64,000 nucleotides of DNA, from NCBI GenBank assembly GCA_020852855.1, contig JADZAA010000049.1, positions 67,449 to 131,448 of the forward strand, in the 5' to 3' direction. The notes under the pieces were generated by a model, which was given only the letters and a program-made list of their open reading frames with translations, did no database searches and was not told where the DNA came from. How positions within the stretch are numbered: position 1 is the first letter of the stretch; the number at the start of each line of letters is the position of its first letter. This DNA comes from Bacteroidota bacterium. GTDB taxonomy: Bacteria > Bacteroidota > Ignavibacteria > Kapaibacteriales > UBA961. Shown piece after piece: positions 31,108 to 43,887 of this stretch. The translations under genes and the position numbers were made by a program.

Positions 31108-31180
31108 GCGGGAGTAACTCAGTTGGTAGAGTCACAGCCTTCCAAGCTGTTGGTCGCGGGTTCGAGTCCCGTCTCCCGCT
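31108..31180 (+). tRNA. tRNA-Gly (anticodon TCC)
   Basis: The acceptor stem is GCGGGAG/CTCCCGC, the anticodon stem is ACAGC/GCTGT, and the loop is CTTCCAA. Confidence 0.85.
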
Positions 31181-31239
31181 CGTGTCCGCGTGAAATGGCC
31201 GCAAAATGTAATCGGCTGTCAGGAGCGTCCGTAATATGT

Positions 31240-31312
<73 letters not shown>

Positions 31313-31351
31313 CTGCCGATTTGGTTCGTTGACGCTAAGAGTTTTTACGTT

Positions 31352-31424
<73 letters not shown>

Positions 31425-31434
31425 CGCCTTATTT

Positions 31435-31507
31435 ACGGGTGTAGCTCAATTGGTAGAGTAGCGGTCTCCAAAACCGTTGGTTGGGGGTTCGAGTCCCTCC
31501 TCCCGTG
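31435..31507 (+). tRNA. tRNA-Trp (anticodon CCA)
   Basis: The anticodon stem is GCGGT/ACCGT with loop CTCCAAA, and the T-loop is TTCGAGT. The acceptor stem has one T-T mismatch, so the ends are approximate. Confidence 0.7.
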
Positions 31508-31556
31508 CAATTTTCAAAGTTTCGGGTAAGTCGTTAAATTACAGCCGTAGACGAAT

Positions 31557-31739
31557 ATGGTAGCCAAAATCAAAGAATATACCGGCGAAGTTTCTAAGGA
31601 AATGAAGAAAGTGTCGTGGCCGACACGCCAACAACTGCGTGAGTCGACCATTGTTGTGCTGGCCACGTGCGGAATAATCACCACATTCGTATGGGTGATT
31701 GATTTTGTTATGACTGCATTCGTCAAGATGTTGTTTTAG
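31557..31739 (+). CDS. secE: Preprotein translocase subunit SecE
   Basis: 60 aa: MVAKIKEYTGEVSKEMKKVSWPTRQQL followed by one TM segment. It sits immediately upstream of nusG. Confidence 0.85.
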   Translation: MVAKIKEYTGEVSKEMKKVSWPTRQQLRESTIVVLATCGIITTFVWVIDFVMTAFVKMLF

Positions 31740-31785
31740 TATGCCGTTCGCTTGCCGTAAGCGATTATTTGCCTGAAAGATACGA

Positions 31786-32343
31786 ATGGAAGAAACAGCC
31801 GCTAAAATAGAACTGAAATGGTACGCTATCCGCACTTATCCCGGTCATGAGCAGCGCGTTAAAAGTGCTGTCGAGTTGGAAGTGAAGCGATATCATTTGG
31901 AAAGTCGGGTAGGCGATATACTTATACCGCAGGAAACGGTGTACGAAGTGCGCAACGGCAAGCGTCGTACACGGGTAAAGAATTTCCTGCCCGGTTATTT
32001 GCTTATTCAGGTAGCATTGGACAAACAATTAAAAGAGCGCATAGCGTCGTTGCCCTCCATAGTCGGTTTTGTAGGAACGAAGAACGAAGCCGTGGCATTG
32101 CAAGCCGACGAAGTAGCGCGTATCTTAGGGCGAGTTGAAGAGCGGAAAAATATTGCAACTATCGAGATCAGTTTTTCGATAGGCGATCCAATAAAAGTTA
32201 TTGACGGGCCTTTCGCTAATTTCAGCGGTACGGTAAAAGAAGTTAATAACGAAAAGCAAAAGTTGAAAGTCGAGGTTGGAATTTTAGGGCGTAAAACACC
32301 TGTCGAATTGGATTTTGCGCAAGTGGAAATCGAAAACCATTAG
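31786..32343 (+). CDS. nusG: Transcription termination/antitermination factor NusG
   Basis: The NGN domain (WYAIRTYPGHEQRV) is followed by a C-terminal KOW domain (GDPIKVIDGPFANFSGTVKEV). Confidence 0.9.
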   Translation: MEETAAKIELKWYAIRTYPGHEQRVKSAVELEVKRYHLESRVGDILIPQETVYEVRNGKRRTRVKNFLPGYLLIQVALDKQLKERIASLPSIVGFVGTKNEAVALQADEVARILGRVEERKNIATIEISFSIGDPIKVIDGPFANFSGTVKEVNNEKQKLKVEVGILGRKTPVELDFAQVEIENH

Positions 32344-32412
32344 AGTGCTTTTCCGTAAAAACGCCTCTGAAACAGAAGCAACTATTTCTCACATACGATA
32401 AAGATATCGGTC

Positions 32413-32838
32413 ATGGCAAAAAAAGTAATGGGCTCGTTCAAGCTGCAATTAAAAGCCGGTGCGGCCACAATGGCTCCGCCGGTAGGTCCGGCTTTCGGTC
32501 AGCGTGGTTTGAACGGTATGGAATTTGTCAAGCAGTTCAACGCTAAGACAGCCCAAGAAGGCGACACCATCATTCCCGCAGTTATTACGTTCTATTCGGA
32601 TAAATCCTTTACGTTTATTCTGAAGTCGCCGCCTATGGCAGTATTGATTCAGAAAAAACTCGGACTACCGAGAGGTTCTGCCGAGCCGAACAAGGCCAAA
32701 GTAGGCAAATTAACTGTTGCGCAAGCCGAAGAAATCGCCAAGAAAAAAATGGCGGATTTGAATTGTGATTCGCTGGAAAGCGCGATAAGCATGGTAAAGG
32801 GTACGGCGCGCAGCATGGGCGTAACTCTCGAAGATTGA
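32413..32838 (+). CDS. rplK: 50S ribosomal protein L11
   Basis: 141 aa: [34 protein letters not shown]. Confidence 0.9.
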   Translation: MAKKVMGSFKLQLKAGAATMAPPVGPAFGQRGLNGMEFVKQFNAKTAQEGDTIIPAVITFYSDKSFTFILKSPPMAVLIQKKLGLPRGSAEPNKAKVGKLTVAQAEEIAKKKMADLNCDSLESAISMVKGTARSMGVTLED

Positions 32839-32950
32839 TATTCCCGACTACATTTTATCTCGTGAGCGTGAATGATGTGCCTTTCCGCACGCTCGTTTCA
32901 TTATTTGCAACCTTTTGCTCTCTGAATCATAATTAAAAGCGACAGCGGCC

Positions 32951-33658
32951 ATGAAAAAACATAGCAAGCGTTTTAACGCAATCGTCAAATCGTCAAAACT
33001 CGATACGGAGTATTCATATTCAGACGCTATTCGTTTGGTAAAAAAGACTGCAACGGCAAAATTCGACGAATCGTTTGAAGTCGCCATTCGGTTAGGAGTA
33101 GATCCGCGCAAAGCCGACCAGCTTGTTCGCGGTACGGTTTCATTGCCGCACGGCACCGGTAAGTCGGTGCGCGTTTTGGTTGTTGCCAAATCACCCAAAG
33201 ACCAGGAAGCACTGGCCGCAGGCGCGGAATATGCCGGATTTCAAGAATATATCGAAAAACTTCAATCCGGTTGGGCGGATATCGACGTTATTATCGCTAC
33301 GCCCGACGTGATGGGCGAAGTAGGAAAACTTGGGCGCATACTCGGCCCGCGCGGGCTTATGCCCAATCCCAAAAGCGGCACAGTAACGTTCGACGTAGCC
33401 AAAGCCGTAAATGAAGTAAAAGCAGGAAAAATCGAATATCGCGTGGATAAAGCCGGCAACGTTCATGCCGCAGTCGGAAAATGCTCGTTCTCCGAAGAAA
33501 AACTTGCCGAGAACATACAATCGTTTTTCCAAAGCATCATGCGCGCAAAGCCGCAAACTTCTAAGGGAAAATATGTGCGAGGTGTTGCTTTCAGTTCAAC
33601 AATGGGCCTTGGCGTTCGTGTTTCCGAGCAGTCGCTTACGGTTCACGAAACGCATTAA
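32951..33658 (+). CDS. rplA: 50S ribosomal protein L1
   Basis: 235 aa: [35 protein letters not shown]. Confidence 0.9.
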   Translation: MKKHSKRFNAIVKSSKLDTEYSYSDAIRLVKKTATAKFDESFEVAIRLGVDPRKADQLVRGTVSLPHGTGKSVRVLVVAKSPKDQEALAAGAEYAGFQEYIEKLQSGWADIDVIIATPDVMGEVGKLGRILGPRGLMPNPKSGTVTFDVAKAVNEVKAGKIEYRVDKAGNVHAAVGKCSFSEEKLAENIQSFFQSIMRAKPQTSKGKYVRGVAFSSTMGLGVRVSEQSLTVHETH

Positions 33659-33785
33659 ACCTTTACGCCCGAAGGAATATTTAAAATTGACTATTACGCG
33701 CCGGCTCGCGGTCGCTTGCTTCTCGTCGGGAACCTCCTCTCCGATTGAGCGATGTGCGCCAATAAACTATACAACGCAATAAAGC

Positions 33786-34319
33786 ATGGTAACGAAAGAA
33801 CAAAAAAAACGGCAATTGGCTGAACTTACCGATTTGTTGCGCAACGCCAAAGGCGTCTACTTCGCCGATTACAGCGGAATGGACGTAGCAACCGTTGACG
33901 CAATGAGAGCAGCCCTGAAGAAAAAGGGATTTCTCTATCGAGTCGGTAAAAATACGCTCATTCGCCGTGCGCTTGCCGATATTGGCGGCTACGAAGGAAT
34001 ACCGTCGGATAAGTTTGAAGGAATGACAGGGCTTGTCGTAAGCTACGACGATCCCGTTACTCCGGCAAAAATTCTGCGGGATATATCCGAAAAAACGCAA
34101 AAGCCCAAAGTAAAAGTTGCTATAATCGAACGCGAAGTGTTCGATGGCAGCCAACTGAAACAAGTGGCCGAATTGCCTACTCGCGAAGAAATTATCGCGT
34201 CTATTCTTGGTGCGCTTGATGCGCCCGTTTCCGGCATTGTCGGCTCTATCAACGCTGTGATGCGCGATCTTGCGGGCGTTATAGAAGCCGTTGCGAAAAA
34301 GCGCGCCGGTGTCGAGTAA
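33786..34319 (+). CDS. rplJ: 50S ribosomal protein L10
   Basis: 177 aa; positioned between L1 and L7/L12. Confidence 0.85.
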   Translation: MVTKEQKKRQLAELTDLLRNAKGVYFADYSGMDVATVDAMRAALKKKGFLYRVGKNTLIRRALADIGGYEGIPSDKFEGMTGLVVSYDDPVTPAKILRDISEKTQKPKVKVAIIEREVFDGSQLKQVAELPTREEIIASILGALDAPVSGIVGSINAVMRDLAGVIEAVAKKRAGVE

Positions 34320-34395
34320 AACTATTTCCCGATAGGCGACTATCGGCTTATTACGATAAAAAACCAACATTCATTTCATAACGGAGAATATCCAC

Positions 34396-34776
34396 ATGTC
34401 GGCAAACGTAGAAGCCCTCGTTGAACAAATCAGCAATCTTACTCTTGGCGAAGCCGCCGAACTTAAAAAGGCTCTTGAAGACAAATTCGGCGTAACTGCC
34501 GCTGCGCCGATGATGGCAATGGCCGCCGCTCCGGCCGCCGCAGCTGCTCCGGCCGCAGAAGAAAAAACCGAATTTGACGTTGAACTTACCGATGCAGGTG
34601 CGCAAAAACTGAACGTTATCAAAGCCATTCGCGAAATTACCGGACTTGGTTTGAAAGAAGCAAAAGACCTGGTGGAAGCCGCACCAAAAATCGTTAAGGA
34701 GCAGGCAAGCAAAGACGAAGCAAACAATATCAAAAAGAAACTTGAAGAAGCGGGCGCAAAGGTTTCGCTTAAATAA
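34396..34776 (+). CDS. rplL: 50S ribosomal protein L7/L12
   Basis: 126 aa with an Ala/Pro-rich hinge ([22 protein letters not shown]). The C-terminal domain reads [24 protein letters not shown]. Confidence 0.9.
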   Translation: MSANVEALVEQISNLTLGEAAELKKALEDKFGVTAAAPMMAMAAAPAAAAAPAAEEKTEFDVELTDAGAQKLNVIKAIREITGLGLKEAKDLVEAAPKIVKEQASKDEANNIKKKLEEAGAKVSLK

Positions 34777-34804
34777 TTTCTTTGCAGAGCATTCTTGTCT
34801 AAAT

Positions 34805-34835
34805 ATACGCGGGGTGCCGAGCGCATTCCGCGTAT
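34805..34835 (+). promoter_or_regulatory. Hairpin in the 340-nt rplL-rpoB intergenic region (possible attenuator or processing structure)
   Basis: The hairpin is ATACGCGG-ggtgccgagcgcatt-CCGCGTAT. No T-tract follows it, so it is probably not a full terminator. Confidence 0.25.
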
Positions 34836-35117
34836 CTCTCGTAAAAACTCTCGTATTGATCATTTTACGGAACAGGCATTTTCGCGTTGCCGCAGCCCAT
34901 TGTAGCAAGCCTGCAACGCGCACTGTGTTATGCCACAAGTATTATCCGTACCTCAGATTGGATTTCTTCTATGCGGCCTTACGCAGGCGGCGGGGGAAAT
35001 CTTTATTTTTTACCACGCAAACGGAGCGGTAAGCAATTCCGGCCGTCGGTTGCGCCAATTATACCCTGCGGCGTTAAACGGCATTTGCGGTTATTCTTTT
35101 CTACGGAGGTCGTTATT

Positions 35118-38100
35118 ATGAATGCAAGTCAGCTCGAATCGGAAAGTAATTTTGCGTTGCTTCGCGACAGAATATCGTTCGCACATAACAAAAACGCCGA
35201 AGCAAAATACCCGGACTTGTTGCGTCTACAGCTGAAGTCTTATGCGGAATTTCTACAGGAAAACATACCGTCCGCCCGTCGCCAGCCAATAGGTTTGCAA
35301 CAGGCTTTCTTGTCTAATTTTCCGATAGACGATAATTCGGAAACATATCAGTTGGAATTTATCGAATATTCTATTGAAAAAGCCAAGTATTCCGAAGAGG
35401 AATGTCGCGAACGAGAATTGACTTATGCCAAGGCATTGAAAGCGCGCCTTCGGCTCTCAAGCAAGGTAGAGCCGGGTAACGAGGACTATATTGACCCGAT
35501 AGAGCAAGATGTGTACCTTGGCAATATTCCCGCCATGACACCGCGCGGCACGTTTATTATCAATGGTGCGGAGCGCGTTATAGTTGCACAGTTGCACCGC
35601 TCGCCCGGAGTCTTCTTTGACGATGCGATACACCCGAACGGAACACGCATTTATACGGCACGGATTATCCCTTTCAAAGGTTCGTGGGTTGAGTTTACAA
35701 CCGATATTCACGACATAATGTACGCATATATTGACCGTAAGAAAAAATTTCCGGTTACTACTTTGCTTCGCGCCTTGGGATTCTCGTCCGATGAGCAAAT
35801 TTTAGATTTGTTCGACCTCGCCGCAGATACTCACAAAGAAAAGTTGACGGAAGAGTATATAGGCCGCCGTATCGCCGCCGACGTAATAGATATTGCTACC
35901 GGCGAAATTATAGCCGTGCGCGATATGCTTATTGACGAAAATCTGCTTGAAGTTTTCAAAAAAGCAGAATTGGAAACGGTACGCTTGTTCAGATATGAAA
36001 ATCCGTCGGAAGAGCCGCTAATCGCCAAAACATTGTCGAAAGACGTTACGCGTAGCCGTGAAGAAGCCTTGGAGGCCATATATCGCCAAATGCGCTCTAC
36101 CGACGCGCCCGACGTAGAAACCGCGGCCGCTTTGCTGGAACGCTTGTTCTTTGACGCTAAACGATACGACCTCGGCGTTGTGGGGCGCTTCAGAATAAAC
36201 GATAAATTGGAATTGACAGATGTACCGCTATCAGTAACAACGCTTAGGATTGATGACCTTGTTCTTATTATCAAGTATCTGATAGACTTGCACGCTCAAA
36301 AACATACGGTAGACGATATAGATCACTTGGGTAATCGCCGCGTTCGTACAGTAGGCGAGCAAATATCGGCACAGTTTAATGTCGGGCTAAATCGCATGGC
36401 GCGCACTATAAAAGAGCGGCTAAGTATGCACGACGGCGAGCGATTAACTCCCAGTGAATTGGTTAATGCGCGTACTATTACAAGCGTAGTAAATCAATTT
36501 TTCGGGACAAATCAGCTGTCGCAGTTTATGGACCAGACCAACCCGCTGTCGGAAATAACCCATAAGCGGCGCACATCGGCTCTCGGCCCCGGCGGTCTTA
36601 CCCGCGAGCGTGCCGGTTTTGAAGTGCGCGACGTTCACTATACGCACTACGGCCGTCTTTGCCCAATCGAAACGCCGGAGGGCCCGAACATCGGTCTGAT
36701 TTCTTCGCTTGCTCTGCTTGCGCAAGTTAACGGATACGGCTTTATAGAAACACCTTACCGCAAAGTGGTGGACGGGCGTGTTACCGACGAAATAGAATAC
36801 CTTGCAGCCGAACGGGAAGAGGGAATGATAATCGCTCCTGCCTCTACGGAAGTAGACGACAACGGTAATTTCGTGGGCGACCGAATAAATGCGCGCCAAT
36901 CGGGTGATTTTGTTGTAGTATCGCCGAAAGACATACACTACATAGATGTATCAACCGACCAAATCACAAGCCCGGCGGCATCGCTGATTCCGTTTCTCGA
37001 ACACGACGATGCCAACCGTGCGCTGATGGGCTCGAATATGCAACGTCAAGGAGTGCCTCTCTTACGTCCTCGCGCACCGTTTGTAGGCACCGGTATGGAA
37101 GCGCGGGTTGCGCATGATGCGCGTTCGCTTGTTGTGGCCGAGGGCGAAGGCTATATCGAGCGTGTTTCGGCCGATGAAATTCAGGTACGTTACGATGACG
37201 ACAGAACGGAAGAGGAAAAGTTAATCTCCTTCGGCGACGACCGTTTGGCTACGTATAAGCTGATGAAATTCTTTCGTACAAATCAAGATACAAGCATCAA
37301 CCAACACCTTCTCGTAAGGGAAAATCAGCGCGTGGAAAAGGGGGAGCCCATTGCCGACGGTGCAGCTACGGAATTGGGCGAACTTGCCCTCGGACAAAAT
37401 GTTTTGGTGGCGTTCATGCCCTGGCGCGGATATAATTTTGAAGATGCAATTATCATATCCGAGCGTTTGGTTGCGGAGGACGTATTCACTTCCATTCATA
37501 TAGAGGAATTTACTCATCAAGTACGCGATACCAAGCGCGGCGAAGAAGAGTTTACGCGCGAAATTCCGAACGTAAGCGAAGAAGCTACCAAAGATTTGGA
37601 CGAGAACGGCATTATTTACGTAGGTTCGAAGGTGCGCGAAGGCGATATTTTAATCGGAAAAATCACGCCGAAAGGTGAAACAGACCCGACACCTGAAGAA
37701 AAATTACTTCGTGCTATATTCGGCGACAAAGCGGGCGATGTGAAAGACGTGTCGCTCAAAGCACCGCCGGGACTTAAAGGCGTAGTGATTGGCGCAAAGC
37801 TGTTCAGCCGCAGAATAATGGCGAGCGATGCCGATATTCGCAATGAAGAGAAAAAACGCCAAGATAAAATCAATCGCGATGAAGCAAAGCGCATCAAAGC
37901 CGTCGAAAAAGATTGTGTTAATCGTTTAGCGAAACTGCTAAACGGCGAAATTTCACTCGGCATAAAGCAAACGGGCGGTGCATCCGCATTCCGTGGCGGC
38001 ATTAAATTAACCGAAAAAGAAGTTGTCAAAAAGTTTGAAGACGGCGAATTAAAGCTTGATGCACTTGATGTAGAAGCCGAATGGCTCGAAAATCAAGGTA

Positions 38101-38942
38101 AAATGGAATATGTTCGCCGATTGATGTATAATTACGCATCGCTTATAGCCGATATACATTCTACCGTGCGCGCCGAAAAAAATAAAATTGCGCAAGGCGA
38201 CGAATTGCAGCCCGGAATCCTGAAAATGTCTAAAGTCTACGTTGCCAAAAAACGTAAGCTTCAGGTAGGCGACAAAATGGCCGGAAGGCACGGGAACAAA
38301 GGTATCGTGTCGAAAATTGTTCCGATTGAAGATATGCCTTTTCTACCCGACGGAACTCCGGTGGACATAGTGCTGAATCCGCTTGGCGTACCGTCGCGTA
38401 TGAATCTTGGCCAATTATATGAAACTGCACTCGGCTGGGCGGCGCAACGGCTTGGTAAGCATTTCGCTACTCCTATTTTCGACGGTGCAAGCTGGGAACA
38501 AGTCGGTGATTTTCTCGAAAAAGCCGGATTGCCGCGCAACGGTAAAACCATATTGTACGACGGTCGCACAGGCGAGCCTTTCCATCAGGAAGTTACGGTC
38601 GGCGTTATTTATATGCTTAAACTTTCTCACTTGGTAGAGGATAAACTTCACGCCCGTTCCATAGGGCCTTATTCGTTGATAACTCAGCAACCGCTTGGCG
38701 GAAAAGCTCAGTTCGGCGGTCAACGCTTGGGCGAAATGGAAGTGTGGGCACTTGAGGCATACGGTGCGGCGTATACTCTTCAGGAAATGCTTACGGTGAA
38801 ATCCGATGATGTGCAGGGACGCGCCAAGATGTACGAGGCTATGGTCAAAGGCGATAATATGCCGAATCCGAACATACCCGAATCGTTCAATGTGCTTGTG
38901 CGCGAGTTGCAGGGCTTATGCCTTGACGTAGTTATCGAATAA
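35118..38942 (+). CDS. rpoB: DNA-directed RNA polymerase subunit beta
   Basis: The start is at MNASQLESE with a GGAGGT RBS at 35105-35110. The long ORF-track start at 34887 is an upstream in-frame extension. Conserved rpoB blocks are present ([48 protein letters not shown]). Confidence 0.95.
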   Translation: MNASQLESESNFALLRDRISFAHNKNAEAKYPDLLRLQLKSYAEFLQENIPSARRQPIGLQQAFLSNFPIDDNSETYQLEFIEYSIEKAKYSEEECRERELTYAKALKARLRLSSKVEPGNEDYIDPIEQDVYLGNIPAMTPRGTFIINGAERVIVAQLHRSPGVFFDDAIHPNGTRIYTARIIPFKGSWVEFTTDIHDIMYAYIDRKKKFPVTTLLRALGFSSDEQILDLFDLAADTHKEKLTEEYIGRRIAADVIDIATGEIIAVRDMLIDENLLEVFKKAELETVRLFRYENPSEEPLIAKTLSKDVTRSREEALEAIYRQMRSTDAPDVETAAALLERLFFDAKRYDLGVVGRFRINDKLELTDVPLSVTTLRIDDLVLIIKYLIDLHAQKHTVDDIDHLGNRRVRTVGEQISAQFNVGLNRMARTIKERLSMHDGERLTPSELVNARTITSVVNQFFGTNQLSQFMDQTNPLSEITHKRRTSALGPGGLTRERAGFEVRDVHYTHYGRLCPIETPEGPNIGLISSLALLAQVNGYGFIETPYRKVVDGRVTDEIEYLAAEREEGMIIAPASTEVDDNGNFVGDRINARQSGDFVVVSPKDIHYIDVSTDQITSPAASLIPFLEHDDANRALMGSNMQRQGVPLLRPRAPFVGTGMEARVAHDARSLVVAEGEGYIERVSADEIQVRYDDDRTEEEKLISFGDDRLATYKLMKFFRTNQDTSINQHLLVRENQRVEKGEPIADGAATELGELALGQNVLVAFMPWRGYNFEDAIIISERLVAEDVFTSIHIEEFTHQVRDTKRGEEEFTREIPNVSEEATKDLDENGIIYVGSKVREGDILIGKITPKGETDPTPEEKLLRAIFGDKAGDVKDVSLKAPPGLKGVVIGAKLFSRRIMASDADIRNEEKKRQDKINRDEAKRIKAVEKDCVNRLAKLLNGEISLGIKQTGGASAFRGGIKLTEKEVVKKFEDGELKLDALDVEAEWLENQGKMEYVRRLMYNYASLIADIHSTVRAEKNKIAQGDELQPGILKMSKVYVAKKRKLQVGDKMAGRHGNKGIVSKIVPIEDMPFLPDGTPVDIVLNPLGVPSRMNLGQLYETALGWAAQRLGKHFATPIFDGASWEQVGDFLEKAGLPRNGKTILYDGRTGEPFHQEVTVGVIYMLKLSHLVEDKLHARSIGPYSLITQQPLGGKAQFGGQRLGEMEVWALEAYGAAYTLQEMLTVKSDDVQGRAKMYEAMVKGDNMPNPNIPESFNVLVRELQGLCLDVVIE

Positions 38943-39083
38943 CAATCGAAAATCAGTGCCGATTTTCAATAAAATACTTTTGTTTTCAAGATGAGATTTT
39001 TACTTGAAAACAATATCTTGTGCAAAGGCCGGAGTGCCGATTAAGTTTACGAAGAAATTTCTACATATACGGAGAACTACGCT

Positions 39084-42000
39084 ATGCAATCACACTCGAT
39101 TCCGAGAAAGGGATTTTCGCAAATCTCTATTAAAATCTCGTCTCCCGATGAGGTGCTAAACCGCTCGCACGGCGAAGTAACCAAACCTGAAACTATAAAT
39201 TACCGCTCGTTCCGCCCCGAAAAGGACGGCCTTTTCTGCGAGAAGATTTTTGGACCGATACGAGATTGGGAATGTGGTTGCGGAAAATACAAGCGCATAC
39301 GCTATAAGGGAATAGTATGCGACCGATGTGGCGTGGAGGTAACTCAGAAATCTGTTCGGCGCGAACGTATGGGGCATATTATGCTGGCTGTTCCCGTTGT
39401 GCATATTTGGTTCTTACGCTCTTTGCCAAGCAAAATCAGCCATTGCCTCGGAATGCCCACCAAAGACGTAGAGCGAATCGTGTATTACGAGTCCTACGTA
39501 GTGGTGCAGCCCGGACCGACGGGATTGCAGACAAAAGACCTGCTGACCGAAGATCAATACTTGGAGGTTCTACATTCTTTGCCTGTGGAACAACGAGAAA
39601 TGGACGACGACGAGCCGGAAAAATTTATTGCCTTAATAGGCGGCGAGGCAATTAAGGAATTGCTGAAACGCCTTGATGCGCAGTCGGAATACGATGTGCT
39701 TCGTGCGGGACTGCGCGAAGAAACCTCGCAACAGAAAAAAGCCGATGCGTTGAAGCGTTTGCGTATTCTCGAGGCCTTTCTTCCCAATGGTGACGCGGCT
39801 GCGGCACATTCAAACCACCCGGATTGGATGGTATTGGACGTTGTGCCTGTTATTCCGCCGGATTTGCGCCCGCTTGTGCCGCTCGAAGGCGGCCGGTTTG
39901 CCACGTCCGACTTAAACGATTTGTATCGCCGCGTAATTATTCGCAATAATCGTCTGCGCCGCTTAATTGACATTAAAGCACCGGAAGTTATTCTGCGTAA
40001 TGAAAAACGTATGCTTCAGGAGGCCGTCGACGCATTGTTCGACAATAGCCGCCGTGCCGTTCGCAGCGAAAGTCAGCGTGCGCTAAAATCGCTTGCAGAT
40101 ACGCTGAAAGGAAAAACCGGACGCTTCCGCCAAAACCTTCTGGGCAAGCGCGTGGACTATTCCGGGCGTTCGGTTATCGTGGTTGGCCCCGAACTCAAAA
40201 TCCATGAATGCGGTCTGCCGAAAGATATGGCTGTGGAACTGTTCAAACCGTTTATTATTCGCAAACTTATCGAGCGCGGATATGTAAAAACGGTGAAAAG
40301 TGCTAAAAAACTCGTAGAGCGCAAAACTAATGAAGTGTGGGATATTCTCGAAAAGGTGATAGACGGACATCCGGTAATGCTTAACCGTGCGCCTACGCTG
40401 CACCGCTTGGGTATTCAGGCGTTCCAGCCTCGACTCATCGAAGGCAAAGCCATTCAACTTCATCCGCTTGTTTGTACGGCATTCAATGCCGACTTCGACG
40501 GCGACCAAATGGCCGTGCACGTACCGCTCAGTTACGAAGCGCAACTCGAGGCATTGCTGTTGATGCTTGCCTCGCATAATATTATGCACACGCAACACGG
40601 CGAACCCATTGCCGTGCCTTCGCAGGACATGGTGCTCGGTGCATATTATATGACAAAAATGAAGCGCGGCGCCAAGGGTGAGGGCAAGATGTTCTCGTCT
40701 TACGAGGAAGTAGTCATTGCCAATAACTCCGGAATGCTAGACCTTCATGCACGCATAAAGGCGCGTCATAAGGGAACTATGATTGAAACAACGACGGGGC
40801 GTTTGCTGTTCAATCAGATAGTGCCGTCGGAAATGGGCTATGTAAACGAATTGCTGACAAAAGGGCGCTTGCGTCAATTTATCGGACAATGTTTCCGCAA
40901 GGCCGGATTAGCCAAAACTGTGGAGTTTCTTGACAGTCTGAAAGAAACCGGATTTACTTATGCTATGCGCGGCGGACTTTCGGTAAGTATTGCCGATGTG
41001 GTTGTGCCGGCAGAAAAAAAGGACATTATACAAAAAGCGCAGGAAACTGTTGATAATATAGAAAGTTATTATCAAAACGGCGTAATAACGTCCGGCGAAC
41101 GTTACAACAAAATAATAGACACGTGGTCGACTGCCACAAATCGTGTTGCAGATAAGCTTTACACCGATTTGCAGAAAGCAAACGAAGGATTTAATCCGTT
41201 CTGGATGATGCTCGACTCGCAAGCGCGCGGCTCGAAAGAGCAGATACGCCAGCTTGCCGGAATGCGCGGCCTGATGGCCAAACCGCAAAAAACGCAAGCC
41301 GGTTCGAGTGCCGAGCTTATCGAGAATCCGATTATTTCCAATTTCAAGGAAGGCCTGACGATTCTCGAATATTTTATTTCTACGCACGGCGCACGCAAAG
41401 GTCTGGCCGATACCGCGCTTAAAACTGCCGATGCCGGCTATCTGACGCGCCGCTTGCACGACGTTGCGCAAGATATGATTATATCGCAGATTGACTGCAA
41501 TACCGTGCGCTATGCAGAAATGTCGGCACTGAAAGAAGGCGACGATGTAAAAGAGCCGCTTGCCGAGAGAATTCTTGGCCGTGTAGCCGCCGAAGATGTG
41601 AAAGACCCGTTCAAAGATAGCGTTATTATAGTAAAATCGGGCGAAATAATCACAGAAGAAATAGCACAACGTATTGCCGAAACATCGGTTGAAAATGTGC
41701 GCATACGCTCTGTGCTTACTTGCGGTGCGCGACGCGGAGTTTGCGCCAAATGTTACGGGCGCAATATGGCTACCGGACAACTTGTCGATGTTGGAGAAGC
41801 GGTGGGAACTATTGCTTCGCAATCCATCGGCGAGCCGGGAACACAGCTGACATTGCGTACATTCCATACGGGCGGAACGGCCTCGCTTGTGGCATCGCAA
41901 TCTACTGTTTTTGCCAAATCTGACGGCGTTACGCAGTTCGACAATGTACGAACAATTACTGCCGAAATCGATGACGGAGAACCCGTAGTAATAGTTGTAA

Positions 42001-43379
42001 GTCGAAGTGGCGTAATAAATATCATTGACCGCGACAGCAACCGTATTTTAACTAAATACGACGCGGTTTACGGTGCGGAACTTAAAATCAAAGACGAACA
42101 GAATGTTGCCAAAGGCGATATTATCTACGAGTGGGACCCGTACAATGCCGTAATTATTACCGAGAAATCCGGTACAATCAAATATCGCGATCTTATTCCG
42201 AATTTGACTTATCGCGAAGAAAATGACGAGCAGACCGGACATACAACCAAAGTAGTAATTGATTCACGTGACCGCACTAAGGCACCGTCCATAGAAATTG
42301 TGGACGATGACGGGATTACTTTGCAAACATATATTATCCCGGTGCAAGCGCAAATCACGGTTGGAAATAATCAGAAGGTCGGAGTTGGCGATAAACTTGT
42401 GAAAATTCCTCGCGACCTTGGACGTATGCGCGATATTACGGGCGGTTTGCCGCGCGTTACAGAATTGTTTGAAGCGCGTGCACCGCAAAATTCGGCTATT
42501 GTGACCGATATTGACGGCATTATATCGTTTGAAAAAGCAAAGCGCGGACAACGCGGCGTTAAAGTTACAAGCCGCGACGGCCAAACCGCTATGGAATACG
42601 CTTTCGCTTCCAGCAAATATTTGCTTGTGCAAGAAGGCGATTTTGTTCGCGCAGGCGACCGTCTTACCGACGGTTCGATTAACCCGCACGATATTCTTCG
42701 CATTAAAGGCGCAGGCGCGGTGCAGGAATATCTTGTAAATGAAATACAGGAAGTGTACCGTATGCAGGGCGTAAAAATCAACGATAAACATATTGAGGTT
42801 ATCGTTCGCCAAATGCTGCAAAAAGTGCGCATTACCGACCCGGGCGACTCTACTTTCCTTGAAAACGACCAAATTGACCGTATACATTTCCTTGCTCATA
42901 ATGATGCAATGAAAAATCAGGTGCGTGTCGTTTCCGTCGGGGATTCTCGCTTCAAGGAGGGCCAAGTGCTTAGCCGCAAACGCTTCCGCGAAGTTGTTTC
43001 GGAGCTCAAAAAGAAAGAGAAAACAGAGCCGATTGCCGAACCGGCCGAACCGGCAATAGCGGAGCCGATTTTGCTGGGCATAACGCAGGCATCTTTGCAA
43101 ACAGAGAGCTGGCTCTCGGCAGCATCGTTCCAGGAAACAACCCGCGTTCTTGCCGATGCTTCGGTTGTAGCAAAAACCGATAACTTGGCAGGATTGAAAG
43201 AGAATATTATACTTGGACAACTTGTTCCGGCCGGAACAGGACTGCGCAAGTATCAGGAAATGCTTGTAAACAGCGAGATTGGCAATATATTCGGTGATGA
43301 AGCAGCGCGCCCGCAAGGCGAACAAGAAGCACAGCCCGAAGGTTTCCGCCGACTTGGCCGCCGCCGTATCTCGGTGTAA
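39084..43379 (+). CDS. rpoC: DNA-directed RNA polymerase subunit beta'
   Basis: 1431 aa. It has the zinc-binding CxC...CxxC ([25 protein letters not shown]) and the NADFDGD catalytic motif. Confidence 0.95.
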   Translation: MQSHSIPRKGFSQISIKISSPDEVLNRSHGEVTKPETINYRSFRPEKDGLFCEKIFGPIRDWECGCGKYKRIRYKGIVCDRCGVEVTQKSVRRERMGHIMLAVPVVHIWFLRSLPSKISHCLGMPTKDVERIVYYESYVVVQPGPTGLQTKDLLTEDQYLEVLHSLPVEQREMDDDEPEKFIALIGGEAIKELLKRLDAQSEYDVLRAGLREETSQQKKADALKRLRILEAFLPNGDAAAAHSNHPDWMVLDVVPVIPPDLRPLVPLEGGRFATSDLNDLYRRVIIRNNRLRRLIDIKAPEVILRNEKRMLQEAVDALFDNSRRAVRSESQRALKSLADTLKGKTGRFRQNLLGKRVDYSGRSVIVVGPELKIHECGLPKDMAVELFKPFIIRKLIERGYVKTVKSAKKLVERKTNEVWDILEKVIDGHPVMLNRAPTLHRLGIQAFQPRLIEGKAIQLHPLVCTAFNADFDGDQMAVHVPLSYEAQLEALLLMLASHNIMHTQHGEPIAVPSQDMVLGAYYMTKMKRGAKGEGKMFSSYEEVVIANNSGMLDLHARIKARHKGTMIETTTGRLLFNQIVPSEMGYVNELLTKGRLRQFIGQCFRKAGLAKTVEFLDSLKETGFTYAMRGGLSVSIADVVVPAEKKDIIQKAQETVDNIESYYQNGVITSGERYNKIIDTWSTATNRVADKLYTDLQKANEGFNPFWMMLDSQARGSKEQIRQLAGMRGLMAKPQKTQAGSSAELIENPIISNFKEGLTILEYFISTHGARKGLADTALKTADAGYLTRRLHDVAQDMIISQIDCNTVRYAEMSALKEGDDVKEPLAERILGRVAAEDVKDPFKDSVIIVKSGEIITEEIAQRIAETSVENVRIRSVLTCGARRGVCAKCYGRNMATGQLVDVGEAVGTIASQSIGEPGTQLTLRTFHTGGTASLVASQSTVFAKSDGVTQFDNVRTITAEIDDGEPVVIVVSRSGVINIIDRDSNRILTKYDAVYGAELKIKDEQNVAKGDIIYEWDPYNAVIITEKSGTIKYRDLIPNLTYREENDEQTGHTTKVVIDSRDRTKAPSIEIVDDDGITLQTYIIPVQAQITVGNNQKVGVGDKLVKIPRDLGRMRDITGGLPRVTELFEARAPQNSAIVTDIDGIISFEKAKRGQRGVKVTSRDGQTAMEYAFASSKYLLVQEGDFVRAGDRLTDGSINPHDILRIKGAGAVQEYLVNEIQEVYRMQGVKINDKHIEVIVRQMLQKVRITDPGDSTFLENDQIDRIHFLAHNDAMKNQVRVVSVGDSRFKEGQVLSRKRFREVVSELKKKEKTEPIAEPAEPAIAEPILLGITQASLQTESWLSAASFQETTRVLADASVVAKTDNLAGLKENIILGQLVPAGTGLRKYQEMLVNSEIGNIFGDEAARPQGEQEAQPEGFRRLGRRRISV

Positions 43380-43403
43380 GCGTATAGCGTATTCTATTTT
43401 TTC

Positions 43404-43446
43404 AAAAGCCGAAGCGTGAAAATTTACACTTCGGCTTTTGTCGTTT
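43404..43446 (+). terminator. Rho-independent terminator of the rpoBC operon
   Basis: The hairpin AAAAGCCGAAG-...-CTTCGGCTTTT is followed by GTCGTTTTTAC. Confidence 0.65.
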
Positions 43447-43700
43447 TTACTGATAACTTATAATAGGTCTATATAAATTATCTCTTGAATCCAACAGTCA
43501 AGTGCAACGGTATAGATAAAAAAAATAGGATTAGGTGCCATAGGGCAATAACCAAATCGCTAATTATCACAAACCGGAGCACATAATGTCTCGGAGTTGT
43601 AAGCACCTAACTAACCCAAGAGTAAAGATACGAATATCGAGCTATTCCTATGCAAGATAAATCATATTGTAATATAGGGACAATACTTTGAATGTCGCCT

Positions 43701-43794
43701 ATGAGGTAATAAAAAGATTAAACAACAGACCGCGAAAAATGCTGAATGTTAAAACGCCAAGTCAAGTATTCTCAACATTTTTTTACTCTGTTGC
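43701..43794. repeat. Direct repeat copy A (~93 bp), flanking islet 2
   Basis: ATGAGGTAATaaaAAGAttAAACAAcaGACCGCGAAAaaTGCTGAATGTTAAAACGCCAAGTCAAGTATTcTCAACaTTTTTTTAcTCTGTTGC. It is about 88-90% identical to copy B at 46365-46457. Confidence 0.7.
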
Positions 43795-43887
43795 GGTTGA
43801 ATGTTGAAATCGCCTAATCGAAGAACTTCCGTTGAGTTTTGTACGTAACCCAACATTATGCAAAACAGATGTTAGCAGCAGGGGTTG

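Noticed and set aside
33681-34938. Two long minus-strand ORFs (229 and 195 aa) overlapping rplJ/rplL
   Set aside because: They are antisense to the highly conserved ribosomal protein genes, have low-complexity composition, and lack motifs.
34887-35117. Upstream in-frame extension of rpoB in the ORF track (start at 34887)
   Set aside because: The extension is Arg/Ser-rich and non-conserved. The canonical start MNASQLES at 35118 has a GGAGGT RBS, and the extension overlaps the known rplL-rpoB attenuator region.
40908-43325. Long minus-strand ORFs (330 and 353 aa) inside rpoC, and similar ones inside rpoB and uvrD (e.g. 12297-12866)
   Set aside because: They are shadow ORFs on the opposite strand of the essential RNAP and helicase genes. 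Their Cys/Arg-rich composition is characteristic of reverse-frame translation of GC-balanced genes.
43528-43610. 8-bp inverted repeat TTAGGTGC...GCACCTAA separated by 64 nt, downstream of the rpoC terminator
   Set aside because: A single short palindrome pair could be a small structured RNA or a protein-binding site, but an 8-mer match is expected by chance in AT-rich DNA and nothing else supports it.
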